NCBI GenBank assembly: GCA_021158185.1
Contig: JAGGVC010000099.1
Location: forward strand, 1,016-65,015
DNA from: a bacterium
GTDB taxonomy: Bacteria; 4484-113; JAGGVC01
Direction of reading: 5' to 3'
Length of the DNA stretch: 64,000 nt
The stretch's first letter is position 1, and every line of letters begins with the position of its first letter. The notes under the pieces were generated by a model. It was not told the DNA's origin and ran no database searches. It saw only the letters and a list, made by a program, of their open reading frames with translations. Made by a program: the position numbers and the translations under genes. Positions 1-9,491 of the stretch are shown here, one piece after another.

Positions 1-898
1 CCTCGTAGGTTCCGACGATTCTGCCTGCCGGCCCGACGGTGATGGACAGGTTTCCGTGCGCCACGGCCACGGGCAGAATCTGTACGTCTCCGCCCATAAC
101 GACGGTTCCCGTGCGCTCGTTGATTATCACTTTGGCTGGCGCATCGCCCTGAACATTCAGCGATTCGAGCGCCGCGATGAAGGGCACGAGATCGTTTTTG
201 TAGATCTCTGGAACCCTGATTCTGATCGTTCCTCCGTCCACGGCAATCGCAATACCCATCCCGAACAGCCGTTGCAGCTCAAGCGAAATGTTCTGTGCAG
301 TCGTGAAGTCCGGGTTGTGCAAGTTTATCTGGATCGTGCCGTCGTCCTTGAGGACTGTGGACGGAATCGCGCGCTCGACGATAGCGCCTCCGATGATTCT
401 TCCTACGGTTGAGTGCTTCTTCGCACCGCGTCCACCGGATTGCCCGATGAAATCACCGAGGGAGACTGGCCCCTGCGCGACTGCGTACACGTTCTGGTCG
501 TGACCGATAAGCAGTGTTCGATAGAGTATGCCGCCTTCGAGGCTTTTCGCCGAGCCGATGCTTGAAATCGTCGCGTCGAGCCGGTCGCCCGGTTTGTAAT
601 ACGCGGGCATGTTCGCTGTTATGGCTACCGCTGCGAAGTTCTTGATGTTGATCGACTCGGGCGCGATGTGGAAGCCGAACTGCGAGAGCATTCCGCTTAT
701 CGCTTCGGCTGTGTAAAGCGCGTTTTTCGGATCATCGCCCGTGCCAAGGAGTCCACCCACGAGTCCGAAGCCGATGAGCTGGTTTTCGCGCACACCGTCA
801 ATGGACGCGATATCCTTGATGCGCGCGGCATTCGCGGGCGCGATCATCGTTGATACGATGATTATCGAAGAAATAACCGAGATCAGTAAAAAACGCAT
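1..898 (-). CDS. flgI: Flagellar basal body P-ring protein (3' end runs off the window)
   Basis: Manual translation from ATG 898 gives MRFLLI...ARIKDIASIDGVRENQLIGFGLVGGLLGTGD...NPDFTTA...VIINERTGTVVMG, the FlgI signature. GAGG SD at 907-910. Not in the ORF track because it is truncated. Confidence 0.95.
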   Translation of the reverse strand, partial: MRFLLISVISSIIIVSTMIAPANAARIKDIASIDGVRENQLIGFGLVGGLLGTGDDPKNALYTAEAISGMLSQFGFHIAPESINIKNFAAVAITANMPAYYKPGDRLDATISSIGSAKSLEGGILYRTLLIGHDQNVYAVAQGPVSLGDFIGQSGGRGAKKHSTVGRIIGGAIVERAIPSTVLKDDGTIQINLHNPDFTTAQNISLELQRLFGMGIAIAVDGGTIRIRVPEIYKNDLVPFIAALESLNVQGDAPAKVIINERTGTVVMGGDVQILPVAVAHGNLSITVGPAGRIVGTYE

Positions 899-996
899 CG
901 CATTAACCTCTACACAATTTGCTGGCGGAGATGTCTCCGCTTGAATTACAATCGGGCCGCGGGCGCGTGGGGCTCATTCCCGCGACAGAAACGCGC

Positions 997-1626
997 TTAA
1001 AAAATGATGTCGAAGACGCGGCTCAGGAAACCCGGCTTCATCTTCTTGGTAATCTGACCTTCGCCGATGTACTCGACGCGCGTATCGGCGATTTTGTATG
1101 AGACAACTGTGTTTTCTTCATCAATGTCTTCAGGACGTATGATGCCGGATACAATGAGAATCTGAGTTTCGTGGTTGATCTTCACTTCTTTGCGCCCTTC
1201 GATGACGAGGTAATCGTTCTCTGTTATGTCCACGACCAGAACGCTTACGAGCGCCTCGACCTTTCCCTTACGGTCGGTGTCACCGTCGCCCTTGTACTCG
1301 GTCTTGGTTTTTTCTGTTAGCGAGCCGCCAAGCCCGATCAGCCGCCAGAACGGACTGAGGATGGCGTCGAGGATGCCCGTGTTGTTAAAGCTTACATCGG
1401 TTTTGTGCTCGCCTGAGATATCGGTCTTGGAACCCGTCGAGCCGAGAGCGTTCTCGGTTACATTCACAAGGACGATGTCCCCGATCTGATAATTTCTCGG
1501 CTTGGCATGGTAAAGATCGAGGCTGTCCTCATCGTCGAGAGGGTACAAGCTGTCGGCCCAAGCAGTTGCGCACATGGAAACGCCGAATACTGCAAATGCA
1601 AGAATAATTATCCGAATTGGTTTCAT
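997..1626 (-). CDS. flgH: Flagellar L-ring protein
   Basis: GDIVLVNVTE, LVIEGRKEVKIN, SGIIRPEDI, IAD..EY.G.G and C-terminal PGFLSRVF. Lies between flgA and flgI. ATG 1626 follows GAGGTG. Confidence 0.93.
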   Translation of the reverse strand: MKPIRIIILAFAVFGVSMCATAWADSLYPLDDEDSLDLYHAKPRNYQIGDIVLVNVTENALGSTGSKTDISGEHKTDVSFNNTGILDAILSPFWRLIGLGGSLTEKTKTEYKGDGDTDRKGKVEALVSVLVVDITENDYLVIEGRKEVKINHETQILIVSGIIRPEDIDEENTVVSYKIADTRVEYIGEGQITKKMKPGFLSRVFDIIF

Positions 1627-1640
1627 CCTCAACACCTCGT

Positions 1641-2621
1641 TTATGTCGGCAATATTACTATCGCCAGGTTATGAGCGGTAAGTGTGACTCGAATCCCCTT
1701 TCCGGTATCGTCGAGTTTGACGAGAATCCGCTCGCCGATGTACCCGTTTTCCGCCGAAGTTCCGGGTGCTTCGATTCGCAGACTGCCGCGCATAATCACA
1801 ACTACCAGGGCATCGCCGCGCCTTACGTCGTAGGGCTGGATGAGCGATTCGTAGGTGAGCTGCTCGCCCGCACCGATGTTTCGCTTGGATTCAAGACCCA
1901 GACATTCCCCGATTGTCGCAATAACCGGCGTACCCGGCGGTACAACCCGCGTTAGTGATTCGATCATATCGAGCGTGACTACCGCGCCGCGCGGAATGCC
2001 TGCCTTAGCAATTATCATCGGTGTTTTGAAGCTTGAAAACCTGGTGAGCGGGAACTGCCTGGCGAGTCTGCCGTCAACCTTGACAAGTATCGTCTGGGGC
2101 AGGGCGCCCTTACGGTGCGACGGGTACTTGACGATGATTTCAAGTTCACCCGGATTCACGGTAATGTCGGGCAAATGCTCAGTCCAGATGATTTTGACGT
2201 CATCGCAAAAATTAGTGCGTATTTCATCATCGAGAACGGAAGCGAGCTCGGCTGATGTGATTGTAAGCCCGGCTCGAACGATTGTAATTTTGTCCGGACC
2301 GGAGAGCGAGTATTCACTAGGCGCGATTCCTTCAACATAAAGCCGTGATTCAAGGTCGGATTTGCGGTACATGATCGGATGGTCGTGCGGAGGCGCGATG
2401 CCGATCCTGAGATTGACGAGTTTCGCAACATTTTCGTCTGAGCCTGTGATCTGCGCAACTTCGCCCAGTTCGATATACGGGCCTTCGACCTCTGAATGAG
2501 CGTTAAGCGTGATTCCGATCACCGATGCGAACGCGGGCGCGGAAAGTGCAGTTGAAAGGACAAATGCAGCCAGGAACGCTGCATCTAGAGGAAAGAACCT
2601 ACTTTTTCCTTTATTCTTCAT
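1641..2621 (-). CDS. flgA: Flagellar P-ring assembly chaperone
   Basis: Signal peptide, IELGEVAQI, SAF-like region, C-terminal VRRGD...G.SAENGYIGERILV; position in the flgG-flgA-flgH-flgI order. Confidence 0.88.
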   Translation of the reverse strand: MKNKGKSRFFPLDAAFLAAFVLSTALSAPAFASVIGITLNAHSEVEGPYIELGEVAQITGSDENVAKLVNLRIGIAPPHDHPIMYRKSDLESRLYVEGIAPSEYSLSGPDKITIVRAGLTITSAELASVLDDEIRTNFCDDVKIIWTEHLPDITVNPGELEIIVKYPSHRKGALPQTILVKVDGRLARQFPLTRFSSFKTPMIIAKAGIPRGAVVTLDMIESLTRVVPPGTPVIATIGECLGLESKRNIGAGEQLTYESLIQPYDVRRGDALVVVIMRGSLRIEAPGTSAENGYIGERILVKLDDTGKGIRVTLTAHNLAIVILPT

Positions 2622-2626
2622 TCAGA

Positions 2627-3415
2627 CTACCGTTTGAGATTCGCCGCGATGCTGAGGATGTCATCCGCGGTCTGAATTGATTTGGAATTCGACTCGAACG
2701 CACGCTGGGCGATGATGAGTTTTATCATCTCGTCGGCGATCTGCACGTTTGAGTTCTCGATGAATCCCTGCTGAATCGTGCCGAATCCCTCTTCGCCGGG
2801 AATACCCTCGATCGGCTCACCGCTTCCTGCTGTCGCGAGAAAGATGTTTTTCCCCGCGGGTGAAAGGCCTGAAGGATTGATAAACCGGACAGTCGTTATC
2901 TGCCCAGCCTGGGTGGGTGCCTCGTCGCCAGGGGCTGTGTACCAGAACGTGCCGTCGGACTGAATCGTGATTGCCAGTGCGTCCGGCGGCAAGATGATTG
3001 CAGGTTCGAGGACATGGCCGTTGCTGTTCACAATCTGCCCGTTTGCATCGAGCTTCAGAGAGCCGTCGCGTGAATAACCTGTTGTGCCGTCGGGAAGCGT
3101 GAATTGAAGGAATCCCTCTCCCTCTATGATGACGTCGAGTGCGCGTTCGGTGTTGAGATAACTTCCCATTGTGAAATCCTTGATCGTCGCGACTATATGG
3201 GTGCCAAGGCCGATGTTCAGCCCGTTGGGATTAAGGACACCGGGGCTGACTTCGGTGCCGGAGCGTTTGAATTCCTGGTAGATCAGATCTTCGAATTCCG
3301 TTCTGTCCTTTTTGAATCCGTACGTGTTGACATTCGCGATGTTGTTCGCGACTACATCCGTCATCCGCTGCTGGGCATTGAGACCCGTTGCGCCTGTGTA
3401 CAATGCACGTATCAT
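2627..3415 (-). CDS. flgG: Flagellar distal rod protein
   Basis: MIRALYTGATGL, ANNIANVNT.GFK, FEDLIYQ, YSRDGS, ENSNV..EM..LI.AQRAFE.NSK. Confidence 0.95.
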   Translation of the reverse strand: MIRALYTGATGLNAQQRMTDVVANNIANVNTYGFKKDRTEFEDLIYQEFKRSGTEVSPGVLNPNGLNIGLGTHIVATIKDFTMGSYLNTERALDVIIEGEGFLQFTLPDGTTGYSRDGSLKLDANGQIVNSNGHVLEPAIILPPDALAITIQSDGTFWYTAPGDEAPTQAGQITTVRFINPSGLSPAGKNIFLATAGSGEPIEGIPGEEGFGTIQQGFIENSNVQIADEMIKLIIAQRAFESNSKSIQTADDILSIAANLKR

Positions 3416-3546
3416 CCCTTACTCCTGTTTTTTCGGGCAGGGAAGAGAAAAGGGAATCGGTCGTTCATCCCTTAGAAGGCTTCTGTCGCAGGCGACAGGC
3501 CGGCCTGGTATTTTCCGCTACCCGGATTTAAGGTTACAGCGCCGGC

Positions 3547-4317
3547 TTACATCAGTGAGCCGACGTCGTTGACAGTTCTTTCGAGTGTGCTGTCGAGAGT
3601 CTGAAGCACGCGGCTGTCAGCCTCGTAAATTCGATGGTTCTCGATAAGGTTGATCATCGAGTCGATCACATTTGCGTTGCTCTGCTCTAAAGCACCGGAT
3701 TGGAGGTTTGCCGTACCAATTCCGTCGGGAGCAGGGCCGCGGAACCTGTTGTGACCGATCTTGGTTAGTGCTTGGGGATTGGCAAAAAATGCGATTTGCA
3801 GCATGTCAACCATTTCACCGTCCGCGAAGACCGAGCCGTTGGCAGAAATCTCGATGCTTCCCGCCCCTGGAGTTTGAATGACGCCACCCTCTCCGAGCAC
3901 GGTTAATCCCTCGATTGTCGTTAGGCTGCCGTCAGGGGCAATAACGAAGGCTCCGTTTCTTGTGTAATACGTATTGCCCTGGTTATCCGCAACAGTAAAG
4001 AAGCCGTCGTTTAGAATGGCGACGTCGAGATTGCGCTCTGTATTTGTAATGGGTCCAGGGGAGAAATCGGTGTAGGTTTCAGCGCCCATTACGCCGGTTG
4101 ACTGGATGCCGATTGGAACAGCCGTGCCAAGAGGTGCTGAGGGAACTCTCGGATGCGACGGCTCACGCGACGTTAGCATTTCGGGTGCGGCCATGGCTGC
4201 AAGAAAGTCCTTCTTGAAGCCCGTAGTATTGACGTTCGCGAGGTTGCTAGCGGTGTTGTCAACTTGACGCTCCGCCTGAAGCATGCCTGATGCCAAAGTG
4301 TATATTCCGCGAATCAC
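3547..4317 (-). CDS. flgF: Flagellar rod protein, FlgF/FlhO-like
   Basis: GTG start, MIRGIYT..SGM, SNLANVNTTGFKKD, YTRNGAF, LEQSNAN; immediately upstream of flgG. Confidence 0.85.
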   Translation of the reverse strand: MIRGIYTLASGMLQAERQVDNTASNLANVNTTGFKKDFLAAMAAPEMLTSREPSHPRVPSAPLGTAVPIGIQSTGVMGAETYTDFSPGPITNTERNLDVAILNDGFFTVADNQGNTYYTRNGAFVIAPDGSLTTIEGLTVLGEGGVIQTPGAGSIEISANGSVFADGEMVDMLQIAFFANPQALTKIGHNRFRGPAPDGIGTANLQSGALEQSNANVIDSMINLIENHRIYEADSRVLQTLDSTLERTVNDVGSLM

Positions 4318-4326
4318 GCATATGTG

Positions 4327-4353
4327 TTATCGGAAAGAAATCACCAGACTTAA
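4327..4353 (-). promoter_or_regulatory. Sigma28 (FliA/SigD)-like promoter
   Basis: Minus strand reads TTAA-N15-TCCGATAA versus consensus TAAA-N15-GCCGATAA, ending 9 nt before the flgF GTG. Confidence 0.7.
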
Positions 4354-4374
4354 AGGCGGAGCCATTTGTCAGGT

Positions 4375-4764
4375 CTATTTTCTGAGCGTTGGTTCGCGCT
4401 TTAGACTCCGGTCGATTATAATTTCCAACATCAGCGTGCGGCCAGCAGAGAGCTTGAACGTATTCTCTCCCTGCGGCACGAATTCCTGTTCATCAGGACC
4501 GAGGACGTAAATTGTGTATTCCCCTGGATCGAGCTTGAAGAAAGCGTGGCCGCTGTCGTCGGCTGTATCAACTTTAATCGATTTATCGGAGCCCGCAGGT
4601 GCGATCTGAATCGTGACGTACCCCTGCGGGTATCCGTCCATGTCTACAATATTCACGGAAATGTTGCCGGGAATATTTCCGACGCCCGGCAGCTTGTCGC
4701 ACGAAGCAACGGATATGCACGAAATCAAAAGCAACGAACTTGCAAAAAATGCAATCAGCCTCAT
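4375..4764 (-). CDS. Lipoprotein with carboxypeptidase-regulatory-like (transthyretin-fold) domain
   Basis: Lipobox-like VASC; GNISVNIVD..G.P, LDPGEYTI; GAGGTG SD. Confidence 0.65.
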   Translation of the reverse strand: MRLIAFFASSLLLISCISVASCDKLPGVGNIPGNISVNIVDMDGYPQGYVTIQIAPAGSDKSIKVDTADDSGHAFFKLDPGEYTIYVLGPDEQEFVPQGENTFKLSAGRTLMLEIIIDRSLKREPTLRK

Positions 4765-4783
4765 TTAATCACCTCAAAACTAG

Positions 4784-5848
4784 TCAGCACAATTCTACAC
4801 CAAAGCCATCCGCGATTTCACCAATTACGCGTACTTGAGCATCAAATCCTTTAAGCAGGTCGAGATGCGCCTGCACCTCTTCTTTTGATACGATAATGGC
4901 AAGCCCTGTTCCCATATTGAAGGTACGAAACATCTCAGCTTCGTCAACCGGCCCGAGGTGTGCGATCCGTTTGAAAATCGGTGGAACAGCAAGTTTATCC
5001 CTGTGGATCTTGGCGCCCAGACCTTGCGGGATAACGCGCGGAATATTGTCTCGCAGGCCTCCGCCTGAAATATGAACAAGCGCTTTCACGTTTCCACCAT
5101 CAAAAAGCGCTTTTGCTTCGGATGCGTAAATCCTAGCCGGGCGGGTCACTTCGCTCATCAATGAGCATCCAAGTTCATCATCGTGTTTGTGCCATTCTTC
5201 ATCGGCGATTTCCGCAAAGACGCGCCTAGCGAGCGAGTAGCCGTTGCAGTGTATTCCGCTGGAACTGATGCCGATGATCTGGTCGCCAGCGGCAATATCC
5301 GACCGTGGCAGCATTTTCTTTCGTGCTACAACTCCGGTCGCGAAACCGACAAGGTCGTACTCGCCCGAAGCGTATGTATCGCGCATCTCTGCGATCTCAC
5401 CACCGATGAGCGCGCATCCTGACTCTCTGCAACCCTCACTTATTCCGGAAACGATCTCTTCGATCACTTCAGGGATCACCTTGTTGAGGCCGATGTAATC
5501 GAGGAAAAAGAGCGGTGATGCGCCTGCACAGATGATGTCGTTTACACAGGTGGATACGAGATCGATACCGGCATTGCGATGTGTGCCGAACCGGTATGCG
5601 TATTTTAATTTAGTGCCGACGCCGTCCGTACTGGATACGAGAACCGGATCATCAACGTTCTCGAACGATGCCGAGAAGGCAGCGCCGAAAGCCCCAACAT
5701 CCGTCAGAACCTCAGGGCGGAATGTCGATCTGGCATGCGGTTTGAGCAAGTCAATAGCTTTGTCCTGTGCATCGATGCTCACTCCCGCTTCGGCGTAAGT
5801 AAGCGATTGATCGTCACGATTCGCGTTTCCAAGTAGCTTTTCAAGCAT
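4784..5848 (-). CDS. purM: Phosphoribosylformylglycinamidine cyclo-ligase
   Basis: TYAEAGV, STDGVGTK, FFLDY, GGEIAEM, SSGIHCNGYSL, RTFNMG. Confidence 0.97.
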   Translation of the reverse strand: MLEKLLGNANRDDQSLTYAEAGVSIDAQDKAIDLLKPHARSTFRPEVLTDVGAFGAAFSASFENVDDPVLVSSTDGVGTKLKYAYRFGTHRNAGIDLVSTCVNDIICAGASPLFFLDYIGLNKVIPEVIEEIVSGISEGCRESGCALIGGEIAEMRDTYASGEYDLVGFATGVVARKKMLPRSDIAAGDQIIGISSSGIHCNGYSLARRVFAEIADEEWHKHDDELGCSLMSEVTRPARIYASEAKALFDGGNVKALVHISGGGLRDNIPRVIPQGLGAKIHRDKLAVPPIFKRIAHLGPVDEAEMFRTFNMGTGLAIIVSKEEVQAHLDLLKGFDAQVRVIGEIADGFGVELC

Positions 5849-5902
5849 AAGGCAGCGCTATTTTACCACGCGAGTAAAGTGGTAGGTCTTAGAGGGATTC
5901 AG

Positions 5903-7123
5903 CTAATTTCTGCCGGCCGCGTCCGGCGGTTTTTCGGGTTCCGGATCAGGTTCCGGATCAGGCTGCGGGTCAGGCTCTGGTTCGGGTGGCGGTTCAGCCG
6001 CAGGCGGCTCCGCAGGCGGTTCAGAAGGTTCAGTAGATCCGGCGTCGTACGATTCAAGTTCAGGTTCAGGTTCGGGCTTGGGCTTCGGGCGGGGCGGCGC
6101 GATTTTTGCCCTTTGCCAGCCTGAGTTTTCTTCAAGTTCCTCGCTTATCAGGTTCTCTGCACCATACCAAGCATAAAGCCTGAACGTGATCTTGTTGCCA
6201 TCGATCTCGCTAATGATCATAACCGGGGAGTTGTAGGTATTCTCGAATTTGAAATCACGGCCTGGAAAGGCCACGGTGGCGTCCCTGTTCCACGGAACGT
6301 AGCCGACCTGCAGGCCGTGCGGCCAGCGCTCGATTATAGCGAGTCCAGCTTCAAGGCATGCGGCGTTGTATAGCGTGGTCGAGACCTGGCAGGAGCCTCC
6401 GCCAACGCCGGGCACTATCTCCTGCTTTTCGATTACGGGCGCGGATTTGTATCCGGTGCTGTATGTTCTGTCGCCTGTCACATCATTGAAACTGATTTCC
6501 TGGCCAGGGAAGATAATCATTCCGTTGAAGAAGCTGGCGCAAAGCGCGATGTTGTAGTTCCTGTTGTGTTGCCAGCTTTTGAACTTCGTCGTGTATTCAC
6601 CGATCGGCTCAGGATCGAAGCGGCCAATTTGTTCAGCCGTAACTTTCGCCGAAATTTCAGAAAAAACAGCATGTGCGATCTCGTCATAAGCGGAACGGTT
6701 AATCAGATCGGTTACATTTGCCAAGGTTGCTTCCTTGCCAAGCATTCTGCCCGGTACTTCAGGAAGCACGCTGAGATCAATCAAATTGAGAATTGCATCC
6801 CTCGGCGGGCGGTAAATCAGATCGGCGAATCTTGAGATTTCCTCATCGAGTTTCTCCTTCGAAAAACTCGGCACCAAAGAGTCCTCGTTCCACTCGTAGG
6901 AAAGATCGATTTCGTTTGGGAAAATCAAATAACTCTCGTCGTTCGCGGCAATAATTATCTGCGAAGGAACAGGTACCGCTAGCGATATGCCAAGCGCAGA
7001 GCGTATATCGTCTGGTATCAGATGTAGATCGCGCTTCGAGACCGCTGTGGTTACAGCAATCATCGCAAGAAACAGTCCTATCTTGAGCAGAGCACGCATC
7101 ACAGCTTTAACGTTGGCAGCCAC
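5903..7123 (-). CDS. VanW-family protein with N-terminal TM helix and Pro/Glu-rich tail
   Basis: NRNYNIAL, SFNDVTG, GVGGGSCQVSTTLYNA, ERWPH, YVP..RDATV, DFKFEN. Confidence 0.9.
   Translation of the reverse strand: MAANVKAVMRALLKIGLFLAMIAVTTAVSKRDLHLIPDDIRSALGISLAVPVPSQIIIAANDESYLIFPNEIDLSYEWNEDSLVPSFSKEKLDEEISRFADLIYRPPRDAILNLIDLSVLPEVPGRMLGKEATLANVTDLINRSAYDEIAHAVFSEISAKVTAEQIGRFDPEPIGEYTTKFKSWQHNRNYNIALCASFFNGMIIFPGQEISFNDVTGDRTYSTGYKSAPVIEKQEIVPGVGGGSCQVSTTLYNAACLEAGLAIIERWPHGLQVGYVPWNRDATVAFPGRDFKFENTYNSPVMIISEIDGNKITFRLYAWYGAENLISEELEENSGWQRAKIAPPRPKPKPEPEPELESYDAGSTEPSEPPAEPPAAEPPPEPEPDPQPDPEPDPEPEKPPDAAGRN
5925..6095 (-). repeat. Low-complexity PE/PD/PK coding repeats in the VanW tail
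   Basis: Imperfect 6/12-nt units such as CCGGATCAGGTT and TCAGGT encoding PKPKPEPEPE...PEPDPQPDPEPDPEPE. Confidence 0.7.
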
Positions 7124-7171
7124 CGCTTTGATTATACCAGCGTGATATATAGCTGCAAAAGGACTTTTAGA

Positions 7172-8941
7172 TTATTCAGTACTATGAGTTTTGGATGCTG
7201 TATTCAGGAAGCGTTTATCCAATTGCTTGCCGAGAAGTTGGGCGCCCTTTTTCCATCCGCTTTCGGCCTCGAACAGTTTCACGTTCCACTCGTTTCTTTC
7301 AAGCCACCCCCTGAGCGCTGTCACGATGTCTTTTTGAAGGTGCGCACCCTTGCGCGTACCGTATCTGTTGTCTATATGCGGTTCGGTCATTTCTTCGCAT
7401 AATGAGATCGCTCTTTCGGGCTGCCATCCTTTCTTGTAAGGTCTGGACTGAATCAGCGCGTGAAAGACATCTGCGACAGCGATTATTCTGCCGCCGTATG
7501 GAATCTCATCTCCCTTGAGCCTAAGAGGATATCCTCCGCCGTCGATTTCCTCATGGTGTGTTCCGGCGATGAGAGGAACATCCCTTAGCTCCTTGGACCA
7601 GTGAATCTGGCTGAGGATCGTGATGGTCTTTTCCACGTGGAAATCCATGAGGTATTTTTCGCAGGGGAGAAGCTTGGCAGGCTTGCTCAGGACAGCATCC
7701 GGCACAGCAATTTTGCCGTAATCGTGCAGTGTTGCTGCAATTCGGATCTTCTCCACCATCGAAAGTTCAAGTCCAAGCTCCTTGGCGATGACGACGCTTA
7801 TTCCAGTGACATACATGGAGTGGTTGCTCGTCGTCGGGTCCTTGGCGTCGACACTGGCCGCGAGAACCTCGATGAAGCTGTCAAACTGCTCCTTCTGTTC
7901 CCTATAGAGCTTGGCGTTTTCGATCGCGACGGCCGCAAAGCTGCCAAGCGTACGAAGTATCCGCTCGTCGTTGGCGGTAAATCTCCTTGCAGTTTGCTTG
8001 TTGAGCACCTGAAAGACGCCTATCATTTTTCCATGACGGTCGTACATCGGCATGCAAAGCACGCTTTTGGTACGGAATCCGCTCCTCTTATCCCAGCTCC
8101 TGTCAAAGAAATCAAGGTTGTATGCATCTTCAACATTCAAAGTCTTTCCACTTTCGAAAACCCTTCCGGCGATTCCCTTGCTCTTGGCAAGTCTGATCGA
8201 GCCTGTCGAATAGCCCTGTACGAACAATGTGTATATCTCGTCCTTGTCCTCATCGACAACGTAGACACTCGATCGTTCAGCTTCGAGAAGTTCGCTGCAC
8301 GAACGGCCGATTTCCGCGAGCAATGGAGCGAGTTCGATCATGGCGGCGATCTTCGTGCCCACATCGAGGATCTTGTTGAATCGCTCGATCGATTCGGGAG
8401 CTTCGGATATTTTCTGTTGGTCAGAGATTATCTGAGGAAGGAAACTCTCAAGCTTGGCGAGCAGCCGTTCGTCCATGCTCGACAGTTTTTCCTTGTCGGG
8501 ATGGGAAAGAACGAGCACTCCGCTAATTTGCTCAATCTTGTTCATAAGTGGGATGGCAATCAAAAGCTTCGGTTTGGTCGTCAGTTTGTCCAGCATTTCG
8601 CGGTCTGCAGGGCTGGAATCTGGGATGGTGAATCGCACGGTCTTTCCGTTGATCGCCTTCTCGGCAAAGTACATCCTGAATGCGTTTTCAGGGTCATCCT
8701 CGCTCTGCATCCCTGAATACGGCATTAGGCGCATCTCTTCGATGTCAAGGATGTAGATCGACGGTTCGAAACCCGGGAAAATGTCGGGGATCGCAGTGTG
8801 CAGGGAATCGATGGCTACCTTGAGTGAAGTTGCGGCATGCATATCCGAGAAAAGAGCAAAAAGCACTTCCAGTTTTTCCGCCCATATTTCAGGATTATGG
8901 CCGTCTTCAAAGGACGAGCTGCTGCTTAATGGGCTTTTCAT
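7172..8941 (-). CDS. Tandem GAF + HD-GYP cyclic-dinucleotide phosphodiesterase
   Basis: GAF motifs GIAGRV, DKRSGFRTKSVLCMP, NK...F...DE; HD-GYP motifs LHDYGK, HHEEIDGGGYP, RPYK. Confidence 0.92.
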   Translation of the reverse strand: MKSPLSSSSSFEDGHNPEIWAEKLEVLFALFSDMHAATSLKVAIDSLHTAIPDIFPGFEPSIYILDIEEMRLMPYSGMQSEDDPENAFRMYFAEKAINGKTVRFTIPDSSPADREMLDKLTTKPKLLIAIPLMNKIEQISGVLVLSHPDKEKLSSMDERLLAKLESFLPQIISDQQKISEAPESIERFNKILDVGTKIAAMIELAPLLAEIGRSCSELLEAERSSVYVVDEDKDEIYTLFVQGYSTGSIRLAKSKGIAGRVFESGKTLNVEDAYNLDFFDRSWDKRSGFRTKSVLCMPMYDRHGKMIGVFQVLNKQTARRFTANDERILRTLGSFAAVAIENAKLYREQKEQFDSFIEVLAASVDAKDPTTSNHSMYVTGISVVIAKELGLELSMVEKIRIAATLHDYGKIAVPDAVLSKPAKLLPCEKYLMDFHVEKTITILSQIHWSKELRDVPLIAGTHHEEIDGGGYPLRLKGDEIPYGGRIIAVADVFHALIQSRPYKKGWQPERAISLCEEMTEPHIDNRYGTRKGAHLQKDIVTALRGWLERNEWNVKLFEAESGWKKGAQLLGKQLDKRFLNTASKTHSTE

Positions 8942-8943
8942 TC

Positions 8944-9420
8944 TTATCCATCCTTGCGATGCCAGTCGTATGGGACGCTGCCGTCGTGCGGAGGAACCCT
9001 GTGTTCGTCAGGTTCGTTGTAGTCGTACACCTCAGTTGGAATATTAATAAGCAGTGCTTCGTGTTCGCTAATGGTCTTGAAGCCGTGGTAAACGAACGGA
9101 GGGATTTTAAGAAACGACGGGTTGTGCTCACCCATAAAAAACTCGTTAATCACCCCGTGGGTTTCGGAATCATCGCGCGCATCGTAAAGAACGACCTTCA
9201 TCATGCCAGATACGACGCAGAAGTGATCCGTCTGCTTCCTGTGAAAATGCCATGCTTTGACGGCGCCTGGATAGCCCGTCGTGAGATAGACCTGGCCGAA
9301 GCGATCGAAATCGGGATCGTCCGAGCGAAGAATCTCCATCAGCCTTCCCCGCTCGTCGGGAATCACCTTCAGACTCTTAAACTTGACCCCATAGATAAGT
9401 TGTTTTGTGCTTGCTACCAT
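8944..9420 (-). CDS. rmlC: dTDP-4-dehydrorhamnose 3,5-epimerase family (RmlC/SpsL-like cupin)
   Basis: DERGRLME, VKAWHFH, LYDARDDSET, IPPFVYHGF. ATG 9420 lies 7 nt after TATAAT. Confidence 0.85.
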   Translation of the reverse strand: MVASTKQLIYGVKFKSLKVIPDERGRLMEILRSDDPDFDRFGQVYLTTGYPGAVKAWHFHRKQTDHFCVVSGMMKVVLYDARDDSETHGVINEFFMGEHNPSFLKIPPFVYHGFKTISEHEALLINIPTEVYDYNEPDEHRVPPHDGSVPYDWHRKDG

Positions 9421-9491
9421 CGGATACATTATACACTGTCAGTGCAAGGAGGTTAATCACAGATGCTCGCAGGCTGCTGTGATTAAGAGAA

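Noticed and set aside
901..903. First ATG upstream of flgI
   Set aside because: Out of frame and stops after six codons; ATG 898 is in frame with good SD spacing.
7601..8716. Long antisense/alternate-frame ORFs (e.g. 7601-8716+, 33283-34245+, 62492-63625+)
   Set aside because: They are shadows of well-supported opposite-strand genes and have no recognisable motifs.
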